Positions 1 through 7,736 of a stretch of DNA of 45,899 bases are shown piece after piece. Source of the DNA: an uncultured Thermodesulfobacteriota bacterium (GTDB lineage: Bacteria; Desulfobacterota; B13-G15; RBG-16-54-18); NCBI GenBank assembly GCA_964519535.1, contig CAZFIR010000086.1, positions 1 to 45,899 on the forward strand, read 5' to 3'. Position numbers and translations under genes: made by a program. Each line of letters starts with the position of its first letter. Within the stretch, counting starts at the first letter, position 1. Under the pieces are notes generated by a model. It was not told the origin of the DNA. It did no database searches and saw nothing but the letters and a program-made list of their open reading frames with translations.

Positions 1-45
1 AACTACAAAAACCCGCTGAGGTGGTGCATCTGATCATCAAATTCC

Positions 46-303
46 TTGGTAGTAACGGGAGCGAGGTCGTGGCAAGCAGGCACCAGGATGCCGCAAAAAC
101 CCCGTCACCCAACGCCACCCCCTGACGCATCCCCCCCACCCAATGAATATGAGTTTAAAAAACTACCCATCGACATCATCACCGGCGATGAGGATATCAG
201 AAAGGGGTTGGAAGAGGGGAAGGATCTGGATGAGATGGAGGGGGATTGGCAGGCGGAGCTGCAAGGCTTTCTAGCAATCAGAAAGCAGTACCTGCTGTAT
301 TAA
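46..303 (+). CDS. 3' fragment of an unidentified gene (Pro-rich linker plus acidic tail), probably a frameshifted continuation of the ORF entering at the window edge
   Basis: TTG-initiated 85-aa ORF. A frame-3 ORF runs in from position 3 and stops at 123-125. Removing one C from the C5 run at 118-122 fuses both frames (..NATPDASPPPNEYEF..). No family recognised. Confidence 0.3.
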   Translation: MVVTGARSWQAGTRMPQKPRHPTPPPDASPPPNEYEFKKLPIDIITGDEDIRKGLEEGKDLDEMEGDWQAELQGFLAIRKQYLLY

Positions 304-401
304 GTGGTGGGGCAGCAAACTCTGGGCAGCAAAAAAAACTTGAATTCAACGTCTAATGAGGCTGGATTTCCGTTTATAAACCTCAGAGAAAAGTTCTTTC
401 A

Positions 402-2177
402 ATGAGAACAACAATAACTATTCAAGATATGCAAGATTTGGCTAAACAGCGTGGCGGGAAATGTCTCTCGAAGAAATACACAAACATGCATACAAAGCTA
501 TGGTGGGAATGTGCGAAAGGGCATAAATGGGACGCTAAGCCAGATAGTATTAAGAGAGGCACCTGGTGCCGAAGGTGTGGAAGGGAGAAAAGCGCGGAAT
601 CGAGGAAGCTTGGCATTGAATTAGCACGCAAGATTGCAAAAGAACGCGGTGGTAAGTGTCTGTCAGAGGTGTATGTCAATGCTCGATCACCACTTCTTTG
701 GCAATGTAAAAAGGGCCATCAGTGGTCTATTCATCTGGATAGTGTTAAAAACCAAGGAACCTGGTGCCGCAAGTGTTACGGCACTGCTAAGCTATCGATT
801 GAAGAGATGCATAGATTGGCAAAAGAGCGAGGCGGCAAGTGTCTGTCAAAAGCATATGTGAATGCACGGACTAAACTTCATTGGCAATGCATAGCGCGGC
901 ATAAGTTCGAAAAAACGCCAGATCAAGTTAAACGAGGTGTGTGGTGTCCCGAATGTTCCACTGGACTTGGAGAAAGAATATGCAGGGTATTCTTTGAACA
1001 GATCTTTGGCAAAAAATTTCCGAGAAGTCATCCAAAGTGGCTGGTAACGCATGCTGGTAATCGATTAGAGCTTGATGGATATTGCAAATCTCTGGGGCTT
1101 GCGTTTGAACACCATGGGGAGCAACATTATTCTACTAGCAGTAGATATATTACGTCAAAGACGGGCCTGCGAGAAAGACAGGAAGTAGATCGATTTAAAA
1201 GGAAGTTATGCAAGGCGCAAGGTATCGTCTTATTTGAGATTCCAGAAATACCAAATCGATTACCTGTAGCCGACATCAGGCAATTTGTAGGAGAGCTGTG
1301 TAAACGCCGCGGCGTTCCTTTGCCCGATGATTTTTATACCAAAAAACTAAACTTGAGAAAAGCTTATGAGACATCTGGTTCAATGGAGGCGCTAAGAGAG
1401 CTTCAAGAAATCGCACGTAAAAGAGGTGGCAAATGTTTATCCAATACTTATATTGATGCACACACACCGTTACTTTGTGAATGTAAAAATGGGCACCAGT
1501 GGCCTGCTTCGCCAAATAGTATAAAGAGTGGTAAATGGTGTCCTGACTGTGGGGGGACAAAGAGGCTCACCATTGAGGATATGCATAGAATTGCTAGAGA
1601 ACACGGCGGAAATTTCTTATCCAAAGAATATATAAATGCACGGACTAAATACCTCTGGGAATGCAAAAAGGGGCATCAGTTCAAAAAAACAGCCGACAAG
1701 GCTAGATACCAGTGGTGTCAAAAGTGCTCCAAGCAAATGAGGATAGAGGCATTGGAAGAAGGTCGCCTCAAGTGTTTGGAAGAAATGAGGCAAATTGCTA
1801 AACAACACGGTGGAAAATGTTTGTCAGGCGACTACATTAATAGCAAAACACCCCTTCTATGGGAATGTGCAAAGGGTCATCAATGGCCTGCCATCCCTAG
1901 TAGTATCAAAAGAGGTCATTGGTGCCAGAAATGTGGGAATGCGAAAATTGCCGAGGCAAGAAAGATTGGCATAGAAAAAATGCGCCGCCTTGCAAGGGAC
2001 CGCGGCGGTAAATGTTTATCAAAAGAGTATGTTAATAACAAAACGCCTCTCCTCTGGGAATGCGCAAGAGGGCATAGGTGGCCTGCAAAACCAAGTAATG
2101 TGCAACGGGGCAGCTGGTGTCCTAAATGTGCAAATTTAAGAAAAAAGGGGAAGGGGCGTCCGAAGGGAGAGTCCTAA
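402..2177 (+). CDS. Zinc-ribbon-repeat protein with a central Vsr/DUF559-like PD-(D/E)XK nuclease-like domain
   Basis: 591-aa ORF with seven ~55-aa repeats of signature RGGKCLS-x7-9-[TP]-x-L-x-W-x-C-x2-GH-x-[WF]-x10-14-WC-x2-C (treble-clef zinc-ribbon spacing, reminiscent of the DUF4379-type ribbon). Residues 188-290 carry ELDGY..AFEHHGEQH..D-x2-K, as in Vsr/DUF559-type nuclease folds. AT-rich codon usage unlike the flanks. Confidence 0.75.
   Translation: MRTTITIQDMQDLAKQRGGKCLSKKYTNMHTKLWWECAKGHKWDAKPDSIKRGTWCRRCGREKSAESRKLGIELARKIAKERGGKCLSEVYVNARSPLLWQCKKGHQWSIHLDSVKNQGTWCRKCYGTAKLSIEEMHRLAKERGGKCLSKAYVNARTKLHWQCIARHKFEKTPDQVKRGVWCPECSTGLGERICRVFFEQIFGKKFPRSHPKWLVTHAGNRLELDGYCKSLGLAFEHHGEQHYSTSSRYITSKTGLRERQEVDRFKRKLCKAQGIVLFEIPEIPNRLPVADIRQFVGELCKRRGVPLPDDFYTKKLNLRKAYETSGSMEALRELQEIARKRGGKCLSNTYIDAHTPLLCECKNGHQWPASPNSIKSGKWCPDCGGTKRLTIEDMHRIAREHGGNFLSKEYINARTKYLWECKKGHQFKKTADKARYQWCQKCSKQMRIEALEEGRLKCLEEMRQIAKQHGGKCLSGDYINSKTPLLWECAKGHQWPAIPSSIKRGHWCQKCGNAKIAEARKIGIEKMRRLARDRGGKCLSKEYVNNKTPLLWECARGHRWPAKPSNVQRGSWCPKCANLRKKGKGRPKGES
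417..956 (+). repeat. Intragenic coding repeats R1-R3 (zinc-ribbon modules)
   Basis: Protein residues 6-60, 72-126 and 132-185 share the same helix + RGGKCLS + C/H/CxxC pattern. Nucleotide similarity is visible but diverged. Confidence 0.8.
1380..2129 (+). repeat. Intragenic coding repeats R4-R7 (zinc-ribbon modules)
   Basis: Protein residues 327-384, 390-443, 457-511 and 523-576 repeat the same module. Confidence 0.8.
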
Positions 2178-2219
2178 AATATCATTTACCTGTAAACTTC
2201 CAAACGAATTCACAGTTCA
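2177..2219. repeat. Intergenic ~44-bp repeat, copy A
   Basis: AAATATCATTTACCTGTAAACTTCCAAACGAATTCACAGTTCA aligns with copy B at 3122-3165 at roughly 80 percent identity with two 1-nt indels. Confidence 0.7.
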
Positions 2220-2258
2220 TACCCTGAACGCGCGCTCCTTTATCAAATAGCACGGTCA

Positions 2259-3083
2259 TCAGATATTAATGTCATCCCACCACAAAACATTTAAGTCAGG
2301 ATTGATACTTTTCGATGTGTTTCTTACTTGCAAGTCAGCTGTTATGATGTTTTCAGAATATGAAGAATCGATTAGATGACGATAGTCATCAATTTTATCT
2401 CCTCCTGGCATGGTCAGATGTAAGATATGTATAGCAGAATAGTATAGATTGGCTCTTACTGAAGCTCTTAAGGCTGGAAACGAGTCAAGCCGATGAGATA
2501 ATTCAAAGGCTTCACTATAGGAAACTCTATTTTGTAAAATTTCACGTATTATCCGTGGGAAATCGCCGGCAAAATGTGCCAATACATCTTCAAACGTTTT
2601 CAGCTTGTGGAAAGTTGCTGGTTTTTTCTTTTTCACTCGTTTTATATGATTAAGGTATTCATTGCTAAGTAACGGAGATATCACTTGTATCTCATTTTCA
2701 CGTATCTTAATAAAATTTTCTGCTTGCTTATCAAAATATCCTTCCGCCAGTTTCGTTATCTCAAGTTTTGTAGCAACTTGATTATCATGATCTAAAAATG
2801 GAATGACTGCGGCACCAGTACGAAGCTTAAGCATTTCTTGATCAATCAACTTACGAGTTGGCGGGACAAATGAAGCATCTAAATCGCGCAATATGCAAAA
2901 CAACTGTTTTCCCCTTTCAAAGTGAGCTTGGTTTAAAAATGTTCGTGCAAGCTCATATATAGTGTGCATGCCAACGGTCGAAAAGAAACCAAGATGCTCT
3001 AATACAGAAGCAAGTTTTCTTCCATCAACTGAAGCATTCAACGCACGGTTGATACTACTAGTCTCAATATAAGCCTTTTGCAT
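2259..3083 (-). CDS. Hypothetical protein, possible split PIN-like nuclease domain
   Basis: 274-aa ORF. The N-terminus MQKAYIETSSIN resembles PIN strand 1 (hhhDTshh, with E for D). IYELAR supplies a second acidic position. The C-terminus DDYRHLIDSSYSENIITAD matches the PIN D-x-hIaA-x7-lhTxD pattern. A long helical insertion lies between them. AT-rich. Confidence 0.35.
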   Translation of the reverse strand: MQKAYIETSSINRALNASVDGRKLASVLEHLGFFSTVGMHTIYELARTFLNQAHFERGKQLFCILRDLDASFVPPTRKLIDQEMLKLRTGAAVIPFLDHDNQVATKLEITKLAEGYFDKQAENFIKIRENEIQVISPLLSNEYLNHIKRVKKKKPATFHKLKTFEDVLAHFAGDFPRIIREILQNRVSYSEAFELSHRLDSFPALRASVRANLYYSAIHILHLTMPGGDKIDDYRHLIDSSYSENIITADLQVRNTSKSINPDLNVLWWDDINI

Positions 3084-3121
3084 TTTCTGAAATTAAGTAA
3101 ATCATCGAGGATTTGATCTTG

Positions 3122-3165
3122 AAATATCAGATATCTGCAAACTTCCAAATCGAATCAGCAGTTCA
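3122..3165. repeat. Intergenic ~44-bp repeat, copy B
   Basis: AAATATCAGATATCTGCAAACTTCCAAATCGAATCAGCAGTTCA. Direct repeat of copy A; the two copies bracket the 274-aa gene. Confidence 0.7.
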
Positions 3166-3191
3166 AGATCGGGATTTGGCAGTTCTTAAGG

Positions 3192-3689
3192 TTAAGTGCT
3201 AATGTTATTTTTTTGTTTTGACATCACTATGCGACCACCTTTTTTAGTATGATCTATTTTTTTGAATTCATTTTGTAATTCTTTGGGGAACTTTTCCAAG
3301 AGAAAAAGCGCAAAAGAATGAATTTCGTCCCAATCTTTATCACCAATCTCTACGGTCTTTTGGGGATTGGGATAACGTAACCCTTCAAATTTGTCTAGTT
3401 TTTTAATTAGTCCTTTCTGTTCTTTGGTGAGAGGAATATCCCTTTTTAAGTGCCTAAAAAGAAAGCCTAATTTATGGACACCAGGGAACTCGCCTTCACG
3501 ATTGAGAAGCATAGACTTTAATATCATTTCAATACCAAGATGACTTAGATACCCAGCAGAATCGTAAAGATCATAATGTTTTTCAAAGAGAACTCTTGCT
3601 GATTTTAGGTGATCAACGGCATAATGCAGTAAATCTTTTTCGGTATAGCCATCTCTTTTAGTAAATTTGCGTGGCCGAGATATGCACAT
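3192..3689 (-). CDS. HEPN domain protein
   Basis: 165-aa helical ORF: LLHYAVDHLKSARVLF .. YLSHLGIEMILKSMLL .. GVHKLGFLFRHL .. LRYPN follows the small HEPN (PF05168-like) layout. No MNT nucleotidyltransferase gene is adjacent. Confidence 0.55.
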   Translation of the reverse strand: MCISRPRKFTKRDGYTEKDLLHYAVDHLKSARVLFEKHYDLYDSAGYLSHLGIEMILKSMLLNREGEFPGVHKLGFLFRHLKRDIPLTKEQKGLIKKLDKFEGLRYPNPQKTVEIGDKDWDEIHSFALFLLEKFPKELQNEFKKIDHTKKGGRIVMSKQKNNIST

Positions 3690-3936
3690 ATATGGGTTCT
3701 TTTAACTAAAAGTCAGAGAGATTCTGCAAAAAAACGTAGCACGGCAATTATAACGTGTCAAGATATGCATAAAAGTCACAAATCATCAGAGATAGCGTAG
3801 CCTCAACCCGGATCTTCTATCTACTATCCCCTTACGGATACCCTCTCCTGAAACATTAAAAAGATTTAATCTCCCGTTAATCGGTTTTTAATCTTCCTCA
3901 AGGTATAATGGCGTCAAAAATGAGAGACCGAGGAAG

Positions 3937-4200
3937 ATGATGTATTTCAAATTGGTAATGGAAGGTGGTCATGTCGGGGCGGGGAAGAGTTACGAAATGG
4001 TGCGGTATTTTGAGGGTGACGACATCTTCTGCGTCCTTGCAAAGTCCTTCCATACCCCCCGCATGAAGAAGAAGGAATTCGGTGTTGGCATCAAGCTTAT
4101 CAAGGAGATCTCTTGGCGGGAATATCTCACCGGCAAGGGGGGCGAGAGGAGAGACCCTTACCTCAACCGCAGCGGTTTTTCCGCAGTAGTCCCCGCGTGA
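3937..4200 (+). CDS. Small conserved hypothetical protein (87 aa) coupled to the radical SAM gene
   Basis: ATG preceded by GAGGAAG. The stop TGA overlaps the GTG at 4197 (GTGA) of the next gene. Sequence MMYFKLVMEGGHVGAGKSYEMVRYFE.. looks like a folded small protein, not low complexity. No family named. Confidence 0.5.
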   Translation: MMYFKLVMEGGHVGAGKSYEMVRYFEGDDIFCVLAKSFHTPRMKKKEFGVGIKLIKEISWREYLTGKGGERRDPYLNRSGFSAVVPA

Positions 4201-5651
4201 TCAAGTACCAGCACGTTCTTGCCCTCAATCCCTATTTCGGGGATTCTACCCCATCCATGGGGTTTTTCCCTCCCACCGGCCTTGAGTACATCGCCGCGAG
4301 CATGAAAGACCTGGTCGGTAAGGTGACGCTTCTCGACCTTCGGTATGAGAAGGTCTACCAGGATCCGAAGGCACTCAGCCAGTTCATCAGGGACGAGATC
4401 GATCTTCTATGCGTAAGCATCCGATGGCCATCTCGGTTCGAGAAAATCTGTGATTTCGTCTCTCAGCTCCCTCCTGAGGTCCGCACAGTCGTAGGAGGCT
4501 ACAAGGCAACGGAGGAAGTCGAGTATTTGTTCGATCGTTGCCCGAATATCGACATGATCGTACGAGGTGAGGGCGAAGATATCATCAAACAGATCGTTAC
4601 GGGGATTCCGTACAAGGATATCCTGGGGCTTTCCTATCGGGAGAACGGAGGATTCGTCCACAACGAAAACCATCCTCTGCCTGACATCACACATATTCCG
4701 TTCCCTGACCGCTCTCTGAGAAGGCACGATTATTACCTGGTTCAAAACGGTGTTCGGCTCAGCAACCTTACTTTCGACACGATATTGACAACGAGGGGAT
4801 GTCCGTTTAAATGCAAGTTCTGTACATTCAGTCTCAATCCGCTCGGGCAGAAGAGGAGCTACACGGAACGACCGCTTGAATCGGTCATTGAAGAAATGAA
4901 GGAGATTACGGCCGATGTCGTCCTCTTCAGCGATGACAACTTGTTCACGAACCCGAAGAGGAGCGAACAGCTTTGTGATCTCATTATTGAAAACAAGATC
5001 AAAAAGATCTTTATTGCCCAGACCCGGATTGACGTTGCGAAGCATCGTCGGGTCCTCGACAAGGCAGAGAAGGCGGGCTTTAAGGTCTTTCTCATCGGGA
5101 TCGAGTCCCCGCACGACCGGATCTTGAAGCAGCTTGAAAAGGGAATCACCCAACAGGAGGTACGGGATGCGTGTGCGGTCCTGACACAGTACGACTTCTA
5201 TCTGCATGGATACTTCATCTACGGCAACATCGGCGAGACGGAAGAAGAGATGCTCTACATCCCGAAGTTTGCGAAGGAGCTCAAGCTGGATACCATCAGT
5301 TTCCAAAAACTCCGTATTGAGCGGTTTTCGCCCCTCAAGGAAGTAGTTGAACAAACGCCGGGCTACTACTGCAATCGTGTCGGCGGTGCCGTGTATTCGG
5401 AACAGTTCGGGCGCAAGGAGCTGAAGCAAATCAGGAACCGGATTAGGTCGGAGTTCTACGATCTACCGCAGATCATCCATTTCATCAGCAAAGCCCGACG
5501 AACGGGGTTTGTCAATGGCCGCGACGTGGCGAATCTATTGCTGAAACTACCTTTCCTCTTGTATGGATTGGCCAAACGGAAAAAGCGCAAGAAGAGCAAA
5601 AGATCCGGGATCCCTGGCGGGGAACCAGGCGTGGTACAGAATCCCGCTTAA
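4197..5651 (+). CDS. B12-binding-domain radical SAM protein
   Basis: The N-terminal VIKYQHVLALNPYFG..GLEYIAASMKD layout is typical of the cobalamin-binding domain. Radical SAM motif TTRGCPFKCKFCTF (CxxxCxxC). Start ambiguous: GTG 4197 (coupled) or TTG 4113 (good AAGGAG SD, but 88-nt overlap and a disordered extension). Confidence 0.85.
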   Translation: MIKYQHVLALNPYFGDSTPSMGFFPPTGLEYIAASMKDLVGKVTLLDLRYEKVYQDPKALSQFIRDEIDLLCVSIRWPSRFEKICDFVSQLPPEVRTVVGGYKATEEVEYLFDRCPNIDMIVRGEGEDIIKQIVTGIPYKDILGLSYRENGGFVHNENHPLPDITHIPFPDRSLRRHDYYLVQNGVRLSNLTFDTILTTRGCPFKCKFCTFSLNPLGQKRSYTERPLESVIEEMKEITADVVLFSDDNLFTNPKRSEQLCDLIIENKIKKIFIAQTRIDVAKHRRVLDKAEKAGFKVFLIGIESPHDRILKQLEKGITQQEVRDACAVLTQYDFYLHGYFIYGNIGETEEEMLYIPKFAKELKLDTISFQKLRIERFSPLKEVVEQTPGYYCNRVGGAVYSEQFGRKELKQIRNRIRSEFYDLPQIIHFISKARRTGFVNGRDVANLLLKLPFLLYGLAKRKKRKKSKRSGIPGGEPGVVQNPA

Positions 5652-5808
5652 ATTCCGGCCACATGGATGTTGGGGATCAGGCAGTGAAAATACGATATCG
5701 TCTCTTTTTCCACTGAAATGGGATTTTTTTGTTGATGTCTGACAGCAATATGCAGATTCCCGCACTTTCAATCCCTAAAATGCCTACATTTATAGATCAA
5801 TAGCAGGA

Positions 5809-6222
5809 TCAGTCCGGATTGTCGATCTTCCATCGCTTATATTTTTGCAGGTCTTGTCTGACCAGAAGCAGGCACGCTGCAACCACTGCTGCATCGTCCA
5901 CTTGGCCGAGAACGGGAATGAAATCGGGAATCAGATCGAGGGGGTTGAGCACATAGAGCAAGGACACGACGATAGCGGCGATGGTCCAGTAGGGGATTCT
6001 TCTGTATTTACCGTGCCAGTAGTCTTTGACAGCGGCGATAAGGAGTTTACAATCATCTAGGAACTTGCCCAGCGGGCCGCCGGACTCGAACTGCCTGCGG
6101 ATATCCTCTGATTTATTGAGGACCTTCTCTACATCCTGCGGGGTGACGTGTTGGGCCTCCTTGGTAATGATTGCCCTCGCTTGTTCCTTCGTGATGGTTC
6201 CCTTTCTTTCCTTCGATGTCAT
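5809..6222 (-). CDS. DUF1232 (YkvA-like) membrane protein
   Basis: LNPLDLIPDFIPVLGQVDDAAVVAACLLLV is the DUF1232 signature. Confidence 0.8.
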   Translation of the reverse strand: MTSKERKGTITKEQARAIITKEAQHVTPQDVEKVLNKSEDIRRQFESGGPLGKFLDDCKLLIAAVKDYWHGKYRRIPYWTIAAIVVSLLYVLNPLDLIPDFIPVLGQVDDAAVVAACLLLVRQDLQKYKRWKIDNPD

Positions 6223-6929
6223 GGGTGATATCCTTTTTGTCTTTTCTTCTCATAGGTCTTCTTGAATTTTTCTCTGGTAAATGGTTTTCCGTGGCCTGGA
6301 TAAAAATATTCGCATCCGATTTCCAACAATTGCTTCCAACTTTCCAGTAATTTCTTCAGATCATTGGCATAGGGGGGGAATACGGTGTGCCTAACGATGT
6401 TAAAGAGGGCATCCCCCACTATGGCATGCCTTTCTTCGATAACGACACTGATGGAGCCGGCGGTATGGCCGGGGGTCGGCAGGATGTATCCATCTATGCC
6501 ATATTCGTGCAAATCAAACCGCCCTGAGATCGTTATGTCGGGGGCAACGGGCGCATATTCCCCCAGCTTTTTGGCCAAGGTCCTGCCTATGGCGGACAGG
6601 GCCTTTGAGAACCACATCGTGCCCTGTGGAACTTCACAGTACCCCTGATGGAGGCATTCGGCCTCTGCCTTATGGACAAGGATTTTTGCCTTGGTGATGT
6701 CCTTGAGGGCCTTGAGGCTCCCGCAGTGATCATAGTGGGCATGGGTAAGGATAATCAATTGTATATCATGGGGGGATAAATTCATTCCCTCTAGGGCATC
6801 TATGATCTTCTTTTCCTTCTTTTTGATTCCGGCATCGATCAGGATGGCGTGCCCTTTGTTTGTCACAAGATACGCATTGGATGTCCCCATGGGAATGCGG
6901 ATGATTTGATTTTTATCGCTCTCTTTCAT
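6219..6929 (-). CDS. MBL-fold metallo-hydrolase
   Basis: HAHYDHCG (HxHxDH) motif and a later TPGHTAGS. Start placed at internal ATG 6929 (MKESDKNQIIRIPMG..) because the longest ORF (to 7085) overlaps the SDR gene by 100 nt. Confidence 0.85.
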   Translation of the reverse strand: MKESDKNQIIRIPMGTSNAYLVTNKGHAILIDAGIKKKEKKIIDALEGMNLSPHDIQLIILTHAHYDHCGSLKALKDITKAKILVHKAEAECLHQGYCEVPQGTMWFSKALSAIGRTLAKKLGEYAPVAPDITISGRFDLHEYGIDGYILPTPGHTAGSISVVIEERHAIVGDALFNIVRHTVFPPYANDLKKLLESWKQLLEIGCEYFYPGHGKPFTREKFKKTYEKKRQKGYHP

Positions 6930-6985
6930 TTTTGAAATGGAAATTTTTTTAATATTCAAGCTGTCGATTTCAATATCTATTGTGT

Positions 6986-7675
6986 TTAAAACATGATGCT
7001 CAACCTCAACATCCAGCTGCGAAATTTCACCAGCGGTATTGCGGCCCACGGAGCGGTATATCGAACGGGCTTTTTCTCGATACATGAAAGCACATGCAGT
7101 GCGGCCCGTTCTACACCCATCATAAACGGTTTCACCGCGCTCTTTGCCATTTTGGTGTCAACGAATCCGAACCGTATATTTGTTACATGAACGCCCTTTG
7201 GTTTGAGCGCAAGGGCCAGGCCTTCGAGGTAATTAGAAAAGCCTGCCTTCGATGCATGATAGCTGGGCGCTTCAGGGGACAACATCTCGTCAGCCACACT
7301 CGAAAGACCGATGAAATGCCCTTTGCCTTGCTTGACCATCCAAGGGATCGCCAGCGATACGGTCTTCACCATGCCGATCAGGTTCACATCAAAGGTCTCC
7401 GCCTCGCCTCCCATATTAGACAGGTCCAACATCTCGCCTATGCCTGCGCAGTAAACGCACAGGTCGACAGGCCCACCCTTTTTTAAAACAGATTTCACAA
7501 TAACCGGGTATCCATCGCCCTGCACCTCGGCTACGATGTGCTCGTAGGCGGGATCTTTTATCGGAGATTCACTCCTCGAAATACCAACGACTTTCCATCC
7601 CCGTTTCAGAAGTTCCCTGGTAGTGGCCAGCCCGATGCCATCTGAGTTGCCTATTACAAGCGCTTTGCCTTGCAT
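6986..7675 (-). CDS. Short-chain dehydrogenase/reductase (SDR)
   Basis: MQGKALVIGNSDGIGLA (Rossmann TGxxxGIG-like) and YHASK (YxxxK). Start at ATG 7675 with GAGGGAAGG upstream. Confidence 0.85.
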   Translation of the reverse strand: MQGKALVIGNSDGIGLATTRELLKRGWKVVGISRSESPIKDPAYEHIVAEVQGDGYPVIVKSVLKKGGPVDLCVYCAGIGEMLDLSNMGGEAETFDVNLIGMVKTVSLAIPWMVKQGKGHFIGLSSVADEMLSPEAPSYHASKAGFSNYLEGLALALKPKGVHVTNIRFGFVDTKMAKSAVKPFMMGVERAALHVLSCIEKKPVRYTAPWAAIPLVKFRSWMLRLSIMF

Positions 7676-7736
7676 TGACCTACCTTCCCTCGTCGACAAT
7701 GAGCATTGCATAATTTCATGAATGTCCCCGAACTAC

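Noticed and set aside
2177-3165. Idea that the 44-bp repeats are integron attC sites
   Set aside because: I could not find the RYYYAAC / GTTRRRY core sites or the extended imperfect palindrome expected of attC. No intI gene is in the window. They are kept only as unexplained direct repeats.
5682-5730. Hairpin CAGTGAAAA..TTTTTCCACTG between the radical SAM and DUF1232 genes as a terminator
   Set aside because: The stem is interrupted by a bulge, and the T-run starts 9 nt after the stem, so it is not a canonical intrinsic terminator.
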